From: a virus
Lineage: Duplodnaviria > Caudoviricetes
IMG/VR virus record: IMGVR_UViG_3300037225_000815
Span: 75-64,074 of that record
DNA: 64,000 bases
Reading direction: 5' to 3' (one strand)
Part shown: one piece after another, positions 48,715 through 57,166 of the stretch
Numbering within the stretch: position 1 is the first letter of the stretch
How the letters are laid out: the number at the start of each line of letters is the position of its first letter
Notes under the pieces: generated by a model
Databases searched by the model: none
What the model was told of the DNA's origin: nothing
What the model saw: the letters and a program-made list of their open reading frames with translations, nothing else
Made by a program: the position numbers and the translations under genes

Positions 48715-48852
48715 GTGCTCAAGCGAGGGGGCAGGGGCCCCCGAGCATATCATAATGCTGGGCAGGGACCCAGCGTAATAATAGATGAATCCTTACGCAG
48801 TAAAGGATGAATGGGCTTGGGCGGAGCCCAAATAGCGGGCAGGGACCCGCCA
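48715..48852 (+). ncRNA. Candidate multi-hairpin sRNA with CAGGG(A/G) loops
   Basis: Begins at the purine of a hairpin element; four short GC stems, three with CAGGGR loops. Confidence 0.45.
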
Positions 48853-49246
48853 AAGTGAAACGTGTTTCCAGATAACGGCGAATTCACGTCAAGTTTGGGG
48901 AATATCGAACGGAAAGTGAGTCATTTCTCCAGGTTTGCACGGTTTCGCACGGAATCCCGTGATAAACACGTAATAACCCCCGTAATTTGCTCTGTTTGAG
49001 CGAATAACCTGGGGTAAACAGGTGTTTGAAAGGGCATAGGTCCTGTCCCGTGAGTAGGATCCTGATGGGTGTACCCTATAAGTATCCTGACCGGGAGGGA
49101 TGATGCCCGCCGATTGAGGGATGCCCGGAATGGCCCGCATATATGCGGGAATAAAGGGTGTAGGCTATTCATGTTTATCGGCATGCGACACGCATGCGAT
49201 TAAGGGATTGCGTACTTGTATGGACATCGCTATGAAAGGAGAACGT

Positions 49247-49507
49247 ATGAAGTTCAAAGTTGGCTGGTGGTACCGGCTCGTCGACACAATGCAATCGTTC
49301 AATGGCGACATAATGAACGACTACCAATGGCATAAGTGCGTTGAATCCGTTCCGGACGGCGAATGGACCGCCGTGAAGATGGAATCCGAATCCGGTACTC
49401 CGACAACAAGGCAATACGCATACGACGAAGCGCAGTACAACCCCGGAACACGGGATAAGAACACAGTTTCGTCGCCGGCACCGGAACTGAACGTCAGGGA
49501 AGCATAA
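49247..49507 (+). CDS. Hypothetical protein
   Basis: AAGGAG SD; start MKFKVGW. Confidence 0.55.
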   Translation: MKFKVGWWYRLVDTMQSFNGDIMNDYQWHKCVESVPDGEWTAVKMESESGTPTTRQYAYDEAQYNPGTRDKNTVSSPAPELNVREA

Positions 49508-49552
49508 CCTAACGCAGGGAATCGTCGAAATCTAAACACAAGGAGGCTCGCC

Positions 49553-49903
49553 ATGGCGAGACGAATACGTGAACGTAACAGCCAGTTCAACAAGCGGTTG
49601 GCCGGCGCATTCAACAGGTTCATCGCCCACCAGGCGGACAACCTGGGGAAAGTCGTCTATGACAACCACGAGATGGTCATAGCCATGGGGCTGTCGAACA
49701 TCATAGTGGGAATCGCAGTGTGCGTCCTGACCGGTGAGGTGACGATACTCTATGTCATCGCATCGATAGTGGCGAACACCCTACTGGACATCGGCGTCTC
49801 GTTCCTGTCGTCGCTCATCATGAGGGCGATAAGCGAGAGGCTCGGCAAGGAGGTGAAGCATGGACCGCAAGTCGACATTCAGCTCATACCTCAGTCGATA
49901 TGA
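49553..49903 (+). CDS. Membrane protein
   Basis: AAGGAGG SD; two TMs. Confidence 0.6.
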   Translation: MARRIRERNSQFNKRLAGAFNRFIAHQADNLGKVVYDNHEMVIAMGLSNIIVGIAVCVLTGEVTILYVIASIVANTLLDIGVSFLSSLIMRAISERLGKEVKHGPQVDIQLIPQSI

Positions 49904-50132
49904 CCTGCACTCGATGCAGGTCAGCGACGAGGGCAACACAATCTACGAGTTCGTCCTGAGGACGGACCGCAGGCGGTCCGTGTTCATCGAGGAAACGAAG
50001 TCCCTGATACGGGTATTGGACCCGCAGGTCAGTGACGACGTCGAAACAGTCAACGGATATGAGGACTCTATCCGTTACTTTGCGACGGTAGAACTGAAGA
50101 CGGGAAGCAGATGCCTGCGACAAACCTCGTAG
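49860..50132 (+). CDS. Hypothetical protein
   Basis: AAGGAGG SD. Confidence 0.55.
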   Translation: MDRKSTFSSYLSRYDLHSMQVSDEGNTIYEFVLRTDRRRSVFIEETKSLIRVLDPQVSDDVETVNGYEDSIRYFATVELKTGSRCLRQTS

Positions 50133-50758
50133 GCTTCGGCGACTACCGTGGCAGTCAATGGCGGGATGTACCCACGTCATACCTGATGTGGATACTCTCG
50201 CCCGAGTTCCATGACCACCACGACGCAAAGGTCAATGCCCGCATCGAACTGGCCCGTCGCACGGGGTTCGTACAGAACCACGGAAGCCCGAACAGCCAGC
50301 CAATCTATACCGCACAGGTTAGGGAGGCCGGCGACACATGGGAACCGGAGAGGAAGGAACCAGACATACTCACGGAGCGTGAGGTGTTCCTGATATGCAA
50401 ACTTGCATCGGAACGTTACATCACAAACTCCAATATGCATACATTCCCATCCGGAATGTCAGTACTAGACTGTCGCAGGAAATCGCTTAATGACACTTGC
50501 CATGAATGCTTCACATGGCCAGACGCAGAATCCATTGAAAGGATGATGTCGATAATGCGAGAGCTCAGCGACGACCTAGAAGCGAGAGCCCAAGTTGCAT
50601 CACCCCTCAGGTCACGTCGCAGACGGAACAACCGAGGAACGGAAGAGCTTGCCCAGGACATACTACGGGGCATGGGCGTAGACATATCTGAAGAGAACGA
50701 AGGCCAACCGGAAGAGACGCCAAACGACCCTTTCGGTGACCCAACCATCCCATTCTGA
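50111..50758 (+). CDS. DUF3820-like N-terminal domain protein with SSB-like acidic C-tail
   Basis: FGDYRG...DVPTSYLMWI; ends DPFGDPTIPF. Confidence 0.6.
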   Translation: MPATNLVGFGDYRGSQWRDVPTSYLMWILSPEFHDHHDAKVNARIELARRTGFVQNHGSPNSQPIYTAQVREAGDTWEPERKEPDILTEREVFLICKLASERYITNSNMHTFPSGMSVLDCRRKSLNDTCHECFTWPDAESIERMMSIMRELSDDLEARAQVASPLRSRRRRNNRGTEELAQDILRGMGVDISEENEGQPEETPNDPFGDPTIPF

Positions 50759-50768
50759 AGGAGGACAC

Positions 50769-50990
50769 ATGCTGTCAGACGTCGAAAGAGTAGCCATCGC
50801 AGTCAGGCGCATGGACGCTCTCATGCCTTCCTACTATAGGAAGGAAGCCAAATTCATCGAACTCCTGGAACAGGTATGCGGTTCAGACCGCTTTCTGCGA
50901 CAAGAAGTCGGCAGACACTATGGGGCACAGCCCAAAAGGAAGAGACTAGTCGAAGAGCACCTGACCTTCTTCGACTTAAACCCCCGATAG
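50769..50990 (+). CDS. Hypothetical protein
   Basis: AAGGAGG SD; start MLSDVER. Confidence 0.55.
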   Translation: MLSDVERVAIAVRRMDALMPSYYRKEAKFIELLEQVCGSDRFLRQEVGRHYGAQPKRKRLVEEHLTFFDLNPR

Positions 50991-51349
50991 GGTACGCCTA
51001 CGGCGGAAATGTATTGCACACGGGTTAAGGTGTGCGCCATTGTCCGCTTTCATAGGGTTGAGAACCCGCCCGGGACGGAAGAGCCGGCAATTCGACTCTG
51101 TCGTCCAGGGGCGAGACCCGTTTGTCGCAGGGCTCACGAGTGCAACGCAGTCATACCCAAGACCTTCAGTGAAACCAAGAGGCTACGCATGCTTGCTCAC
51201 TTGCATGCGCCTCGCAATCCGTCTGGGGCGCCCAGCCGGATTCCCTCCGGTTGCTCGACGCCTGCTGGCGTTCGCATCGCAGGCTACGCAAACATGGACT
51301 GCGCCGACCTGACGCAGTCCCTTTCAGATACCATACAAGGAGAATCATC

Positions 51350-51751
51350 ATGAAGAAGACATCATTGCTCATCGGAATCGTGGCAATCATCGCATGCATA
51401 TCTGCCTGCTCGAAGATGAATCCTATGGCGCCCAAGCTGGAATCGGCCCCGGCGACCAACTTCATCGTACCGTGGACGACAATGAATACTACCTACACAG
51501 TATCCAACTTCGTTACAAGACTGACCAATACGTCAGGTAATCTTACAACGTTGGATGTGAGAGTTATATTCGGATTCGCCGACGGAACAGAAGCTCAAGC
51601 GACGACAACCACGCCTGACCAATACGGTGTAATGATATCGTATGGAATGATAGGCTTATCATTCTACACGGACAACAACCGGAACGTGTACCAGAACTAC
51701 TTCCAGAGTGGTGGAGCAACTCCCACCTACTACAGGTACTCAATCAGGTAA
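51350..51751 (+). CDS. Lipoprotein
   Basis: MKK, hydrophobic stretch, then ISA-C lipobox; hairpin element upstream. Confidence 0.7.
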   Translation: MKKTSLLIGIVAIIACISACSKMNPMAPKLESAPATNFIVPWTTMNTTYTVSNFVTRLTNTSGNLTTLDVRVIFGFADGTEAQATTTTPDQYGVMISYGMIGLSFYTDNNRNVYQNYFQSGGATPTYYRYSIR

Positions 51752-52037
51752 CCACGAGACTGCGCCAGGAAGTTCCTGACGCAGTTGCTTTCGATTGTCA
51801 CAGATGGCAGGTGGGATTAGAAGCGTCCAGCCTTTAATGAGTGCGGGCAGACCCCGGCCAGCAAGTGGATATGGGCGGTAACAGTCCATGTCAAGTACTG
51901 CACGAAACCCAACGTGGTACGACTCCTAAGAGGGAGAGGATAAAGCGACCCGCTTCGGCGTAACAGCAAACCATTCATGGCAGTCATGCGGACTTGCTCC
52001 AAGCGATTGGCGCAGTCCCTTTTGAAAGGAGGCGCAG

Positions 52038-52241
52038 ATGCTTACACGATACAAGTCCATCAACCTGATGAAGGCGCAGGAAGTCCGGGCCAAAGCGCTG
52101 GCCAAACTCCTGGGCGCAGAAGTCAACAAGCGGATTGACGTCATCCTGTGGAATCCCCATCACCTGAAGAGCGCTTCGATGATGAAGGACATCACCAGGG
52201 TGGAGCTCATCAAATGCATCCAGAAGGAACTGGCGAAGTAA
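52038..52241 (+). CDS. Small protein
   Basis: Hairpin element plus AAGGAGG. Confidence 0.65.
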   Translation: MLTRYKSINLMKAQEVRAKALAKLLGAEVNKRIDVILWNPHHLKSASMMKDITRVELIKCIQKELAK

Positions 52242-52387
52242 ACCGACAAGGAGGATACATGATTGTACTACTGGCAGTAGCCGGAGTTATCATCTGGCTC
52301 GCACTGGAATGATTCAGTCATAGCGCACCCTCCTAAACTGCGTCGGGCACCATGCCTGACGCAGTCTTATCCGGACAAGGAGGCATC

Positions 52388-52558
52388 ATGAACCAAGGCG
52401 AATTGATAGAATCTCACAGGCAGGAAATCGAGACCGAGATTGCCTGGATGGAAACCACGCTCAAGCAGGCTCTATACCTGAAAGAGGAACTGGCCAAGTC
52501 AAGGGCACGTGTGGAATACCTCGAGGTCTCCATAATGGAACTTGTGTCAAAGACCTGA
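52388..52558 (+). CDS. Small coiled-coil protein
   Basis: Hairpin element plus AAGGAGG. Confidence 0.6.
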   Translation: MNQGELIESHRQEIETEIAWMETTLKQALYLKEELAKSRARVEYLEVSIMELVSKT

Positions 52559-52585
52559 CGCAGTTCCTTTTGCAAGGAGGACACC

Positions 52586-52864
52586 ATGATTACCACGAAA
52601 CTGGTGAATGACATTCATGCAGAAGGCTCGGCCATCAACCTGTTCAACCTGGGCTTCCTATACAAAGGGAGCACATGGGAGATATTCTGCATGTTCGAGA
52701 TGGCCAATTTGTTCCAACACAAGAACATCAGTGAACGCACACAGTGGCTCGTAACCGAAGACCAGAAAGTCTACCTGTCGCAGGACAGCGGGAACGGATA
52801 CCACTCGGAATGGGCGTACTTTGATGTCGAACACGAGACAGTGTTCATTACTGCGCCTGCATGA
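52586..52864 (+). CDS. Small protein
   Basis: Hairpin element plus AAGGAGG. Confidence 0.65.
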   Translation: MITTKLVNDIHAEGSAINLFNLGFLYKGSTWEIFCMFEMANLFQHKNISERTQWLVTEDQKVYLSQDSGNGYHSEWAYFDVEHETVFITAPA

Positions 52865-52909
52865 CGCAGTTCCTTTCGATTAATCCTATACCACAAGGAG
52901 GTAGAGCAA

Positions 52910-53320
52910 ATGGTTAATCAAATCGTCATACCGACGACATCGGAAGCGGTGTCGCTGAGATTCCGGCCGTACCATACGGCCAAGTCCGAGAAACTTCTGG
53001 GATACCTGGAAGTGACTGTGAAGAGCATGATGGGAAGCGTCCTGACTTCGTTCCCCGTCTTCACGTGGCAGGACCCCAAGTCCCAGGCCAAGCGCTACGG
53101 CGTCATCGGCAAGCTCGACTACAAGGTCGGGACGAAGGAACACTCCCACGGCTTCCTGTCACGGGACCTGAAAGCCTACATCAACCGGATACTCGAGGAG
53201 AACTCCTCGATGCTGACCGGTGAGTCCTCCGAGTTCGTCGAGACACATGAGGAGCATGTGCCCGCCCAGCAGGCGAGCGCAGAGTCAACCCCCGACGGAG
53301 AGTCGGAAAGAACCGCCTAA
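52910..53320 (+). CDS. Beta-rich protein with acidic tail (SpoVG/PC4-like guess)
   Basis: SLRFRPY...LLGYLEVTV; hairpin element plus AAGGAGG. Confidence 0.6.
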   Translation: MVNQIVIPTTSEAVSLRFRPYHTAKSEKLLGYLEVTVKSMMGSVLTSFPVFTWQDPKSQAKRYGVIGKLDYKVGTKEHSHGFLSRDLKAYINRILEENSSMLTGESSEFVETHEEHVPAQQASAESTPDGESERTA

Positions 53321-53394
53321 CCAACGACTGCGCCAGGAAGACCTGACGCAGTCTCCTTCGGAGAAATCGTTGATGCTTTAACACAGGAGGCACC

Positions 53395-53670
53395 ATGAAG
53401 TTCGACAAGGAGCTCATACTCAAGGTCAAAGCCGTGGTCTCTATGGAAATCAGGATACTGGATGTCGAAGGCGGAACGATGCTTGAGCAGAACCCCAACA
53501 AGGCCGGCTCGGTATATGCCGACATCTACAGGAACCATAGGGCATGGTTCATGTGCTGGTTCAAGCCGGACAACGGCGACCCATGGAGGCTGTTCACGCT
53601 CTCGCCCACCGGTGAGTTCGAGGAAATCGGTGGCGACAAGATATCCCGTCTCAAGGCAATCATGGGATGA
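53395..53670 (+). CDS. Small protein
   Basis: Hairpin element plus AGGAGG. Confidence 0.65.
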   Translation: MKFDKELILKVKAVVSMEIRILDVEGGTMLEQNPNKAGSVYADIYRNHRAWFMCWFKPDNGDPWRLFTLSPTGEFEEIGGDKISRLKAIMG

Positions 53671-54173
53671 TTCCCTCCCTATCTGCGCCAGGACACAAGG
53701 ATGTGCCTGACGCAGTCCCTTTTGGGACTGCGTATCCGTCAGACAGGGCCGTGATAGCATGTGTGGCGACATGCGTGTAATGATGAGTCTCTCTGTGCTA
53801 TAAACGTGCCGAGGCAGGCCAATAAGCCCTCGGTGGCTTGGACGCAGTTCCTTTTGCATCGTAGGAGAGGCCTACCTGTTGAATATGGTGAAAGTCCATA
53901 GCAGCCTGGGATACTCTCCCAGTGAACAAAAACGCTCCTGCGTCCTGAAGTGGGGGATACCCGCGACTGGACGCAGTTGTTTTCGGATAACCCACTAGGG
54001 CAGACCGAACTTATGTTCCCCTCCAAAGGACATAAGGGACTCTCGCCAATACGGAGTCGTCCGGGAAGAACCGAAACGCCCGGACCTGAAATATCCATCG
54101 GAAGTAGGACATGTACGGGGTAGTACTGGACGTCCCAGCTGCCCCGTCACTTTTACCTTAAGGAGGTAAACCG

Positions 54174-54482
54174 ATGCTAATAGAACCATCAAAAGGAACC
54201 GGTCGAGCAAGATGCAGATTGTGCCGCAAACTCATCAAAGAAGGTGCCCAACAGATACGTATAAAGATGGCATACGCCCAGGAATGCGCACACAGAAAGT
54301 GCATGACCAAGACAAGACGATTCGTATGCCAGGAGTGTAGTTTGAGGAATAGAACAACTCCATGTTTATTGGTTCTTAAAGGATGTGAACCTGATTCACT
54401 TGGGCCGAAACTTTGTCCCATTGATTCTGCGGGTTGGCCTCCCAAATGGGTCGAGATCAAGCTCAAACGGAGGAAATCATGA
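54174..54482 (+). CDS. PARP-type zinc-finger-like protein
   Basis: IEPSKGTGRARCRLCRKLIKEG...HRKC matches the zf-PARP pattern. Confidence 0.6.
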   Translation: MLIEPSKGTGRARCRLCRKLIKEGAQQIRIKMAYAQECAHRKCMTKTRRFVCQECSLRNRTTPCLLVLKGCEPDSLGPKLCPIDSAGWPPKWVEIKLKRRKS

Positions 54483-54871
54483 CCTATCCTGACCATATTA
54501 CAAAAGGATGGCTACGCGAACACCCGGACTGCATATTCGTATTCGGCGACAACATGGCCAGATTCGGACATGGCGGAGCGGCAGCCTTAAGGGACTTGCC
54601 AAACACCTACGGATTCATCACCCAGAAGTATCCGGACTCAAGGCCCGAATCCCATTATAAGCCAGAAGAATATACGCATATCCTGAACACGGAAACCGAA
54701 TTCCTCCGAGAACGCATTCTGTGTAATCCCGATCTTACCTTTATGATTACGAAGCTTGGCGGCGGACTCGCCAACATGTTCAATATCCGCCCGGCAATCA
54801 TCGAGAAGCTCAAGGAGTTCGAGGACACAGCCAAATACCCGAACGTGGTATTCATAGGGGGTAACACATGA
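54479..54871 (+). CDS. Macrodomain-like phage protein
   Basis: IFVFGDN..RFGHGGAA.LR..PN.YGFIT.K and KLGGGLA motifs. Confidence 0.6.
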   Translation: MTYPDHITKGWLREHPDCIFVFGDNMARFGHGGAAALRDLPNTYGFITQKYPDSRPESHYKPEEYTHILNTETEFLRERILCNPDLTFMITKLGGGLANMFNIRPAIIEKLKEFEDTAKYPNVVFIGGNT

Positions 54872-55113
54872 TTATCGGCGGACAGGAATTCCCCGACGTA
54901 TGCGTACCGGAATGCCGGTTGGGCAAGGAATACAGGGGACAGGGCGACCTATGCGACAGATGCCCGATCTTCTGCTGCACCCTGTACCAGGACGAACCCG
55001 GTGAGCCTCCCCACAGGATCCTGGAACCCGACGACTACCGTCCAGACTGGGCGAAAGCCTGGAAGGAATGGTTCGACGGAGGAATGGCAGGATATCCCAA
55101 GATAAGCCTATGA
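54868..55113 (+). CDS. Cys-rich small protein
   Basis: C...C, CDRCPIFCC. Confidence 0.55.
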   Translation: MIIGGQEFPDVCVPECRLGKEYRGQGDLCDRCPIFCCTLYQDEPGEPPHRILEPDDYRPDWAKAWKEWFDGGMAGYPKISL

Positions 55114-55126
55114 CAAGGAGAAGCCA

Positions 55127-55630
55127 GTGTCAAACGAGAATCTGAACATATGTTCCAAGTGCGGCGGAGAATGCTGCAAACTCTTCCCCGGGTTCTACTA
55201 CCCCGATGACTTCAGGAAGCGGAACGGAAGCCTAGACTGGGAAAGGATACTCAACCTCCTTACCTCGGGCCTGGCACAGATTGACAGGTGGGAAGATACC
55301 GAACCAGTCTACTTCCTGAGGCCAAAGATGGTAATGAAGAATGACAGCCATAACGGCATATTCTCATACCCATGGGGCGGGGACCCGGGCATCCATCTGA
55401 CGGAATACGGATGCTCGCTCAAGTACAAACAGCGCCCGTCGCAGTGCCGGCTCCTGGACCCGGTGAAGTGTGAGAAAGGCGACCAGCAGGACTCGGATCT
55501 CGGAAGGGAATCCGCAATGCGCGAATGGAAGAGGCTATCGAATAAGCTACAAGACATCGGCAAGGAAGCCGGAAGGAGAAGAGATGTCACAACAAAGGGA
55601 CATAGCGGTCCTCAAGAAGTTGCTTTATGA
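55127..55630 (+). CDS. YkgJ-like CxxCxxCC metal-cluster protein
   Basis: CSKCGGECCK...GCSL...RPSQCR. Confidence 0.7.
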   Translation: MSNENLNICSKCGGECCKLFPGFYYPDDFRKRNGSLDWERILNLLTSGLAQIDRWEDTEPVYFLRPKMVMKNDSHNGIFSYPWGGDPGIHLTEYGCSLKYKQRPSQCRLLDPVKCEKGDQQDSDLGRESAMREWKRLSNKLQDIGKEAGRRRDVTTKGHSGPQEVAL

Positions 55631-55781
55631 CCGCCGACAGGCTATCATCAACGACAGAACAGTGATATCCAGCGTCGAGGCGGACGACGTTATCGACGCC
55701 CTGACAAGCGCAATATCAAGCATACGGCGAAACACTCGCATTACGTGTCCGGAATGCGACGCCGAAATCGACCTGGACTAA
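55584..55781 (+). CDS. Small protein
   Basis: Start MSQQRD; CPEC near the C-terminus. Confidence 0.5.
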   Translation: MSQQRDIAVLKKLLYDRRQAIINDRTVISSVEADDVIDALTSAISSIRRNTRITCPECDAEIDLD

Positions 55782-55792
55782 AGGAGAACAAC

Positions 55793-56314
55793 ATGGCGAA
55801 ACTCAAATTCGAACACGATGTCAGATGCACGGCATGTGGAGGAACTGGACTATACCGCGGAATGGCGGAACGCGACGGAGCGACGGTCGTCTGCTACAGA
55901 TGCGAAGGAACGGGTAAGGAGCATATCGTACATGAGTACGAACCGTTCAATGGCAGGAAACTCGACCCGACCATCAAGCGCGTCTACCAGACTGCCGGAG
56001 GATATTGTATCACCGACAAAGACGTCACGCATGCTGGGCAGGTAATCCACTTCTCGAAGGCCGGAATCTCCTACCAAGAATGGATGGACGGCGGTAAACC
56101 ACTGCCCATAAGGGAACTCCATTGCCCAGTCATACACTTCGGACAGGGAACACCAATCGGAGAATGGTTCAAGCACCACCATGACCACGAGACATTCAAG
56201 TCAGACCTACATGAATGTGAAATGTGCTTCAGCCCATGCTCAGAGAAGCATCGGGAACAGTACTGGGCGTTCTACGACCAGCATGAAGCCAAATTCCTGA
56301 AACTGAAGGAGTGA
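55793..56314 (+). CDS. DnaJ-type Zn-finger protein
   Basis: CTACGGTG...CYRCEGTG; AAGGAG SD. Confidence 0.7.
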   Translation: MAKLKFEHDVRCTACGGTGLYRGMAERDGATVVCYRCEGTGKEHIVHEYEPFNGRKLDPTIKRVYQTAGGYCITDKDVTHAGQVIHFSKAGISYQEWMDGGKPLPIRELHCPVIHFGQGTPIGEWFKHHHDHETFKSDLHECEMCFSPCSEKHREQYWAFYDQHEAKFLKLKE

Positions 56315-56592
56315 ACATGCCAGAATACCTCGGAGACCGAACAATAGCCGAGAAAGAGCATGAAGACTCAATCCAGGAACAGGGGTTCATGGACGAGTTC
56401 GAATGCATTCATGGTGTACCAATCGAAGAGGACTGCCCGGAATGCTTCCTCGACAACTTCGGGGACATGGCCGGGAACAATCACGTCCTCAAGGAGATGA
56501 TATCCGATATCGAGATCCCTAGTCCCGATACAAATCCCAAGAGTAAGGAGGGGCAATGCGGAGATGCATCTCCAAGCAGGCGAGACGGATAA
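56311..56592 (+). CDS. Acidic hypothetical protein
   Basis: CIHG....CPEC. Confidence 0.5.
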   Translation: MNMPEYLGDRTIAEKEHEDSIQEQGFMDEFECIHGVPIEEDCPECFLDNFGDMAGNNHVLKEMISDIEIPSPDTNPKSKEGQCGDASPSRRDG

Positions 56593-56683
56593 TCGCCAGA
56601 ATTCTCAGCTAGGTCATTGGCTGCGCCGGGGTAACCTGACGCAGTCATCCTTGGCAGGTTGGTTCCCCAAGGAGCAACCACAC

Positions 56684-57166
56684 ATGAACGATACCATCAA
56701 GATTCGCAAGGAGAGCTATGAGGAGCTCAAGCGGTCCGACGTGAGCAAGCACATCTCCATTGGCTTCAGGTCATACGAAGATGACATGAAGTTCGGCTAT
56801 GCCACCGTGACCATCACCACCCCCATCGGCTCGGTCAAACTCAGACTCACCGTCTGGAAGAACAAGCAGGACGCCAGCAAACCGCGCCTGGGCTGGTACC
56901 AGACCTTCGACGGCTACACGACTTCGGTCGTGAAACCCAAGGAAGGCGCTGACCCCGCCAAGAACAAGTTCCGTCTCCCGACGGAATCAGCCGTGGATTC
57001 CAGCATCCACGACATCATCGACGCGATGATTATCGACGCTATCGCCGGGACCAAGAAGAAGAAGGCCCCGCCGAAGAAGACACCGAAATCGGAGGAGCAG
57101 TCTGGAAAGCCCGCTCCGGCGAAATCGGAAACCGAACAACTCGAGACCGACGCCCGTACGGCGTAA
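56684..57166 (+). CDS. Beta-rich protein, paralogue of 52910
   Basis: SIGFRSY...FGYATVTI; hairpin element plus AAGGAG. Confidence 0.6.
   Translation: MNDTIKIRKESYEELKRSDVSKHISIGFRSYEDDMKFGYATVTITTPIGSVKLRLTVWKNKQDASKPRLGWYQTFDGYTTSVVKPKEGADPAKNKFRLPTESAVDSSIHDIIDAMIIDAIAGTKKKKAPPKKTPKSEEQSGKPAPAKSETEQLETDARTA

Noticed and set aside
49511-49530. ACGCAG upstream of the 49553 gene
   Set aside because: No 5' arm, purine-rich spacer and wrong spacing.
51810-51915. Hammerhead ribozyme
   Set aside because: The core reads TTAATGA instead of CTGATGA, and stems I/III and the NUH site fit poorly.
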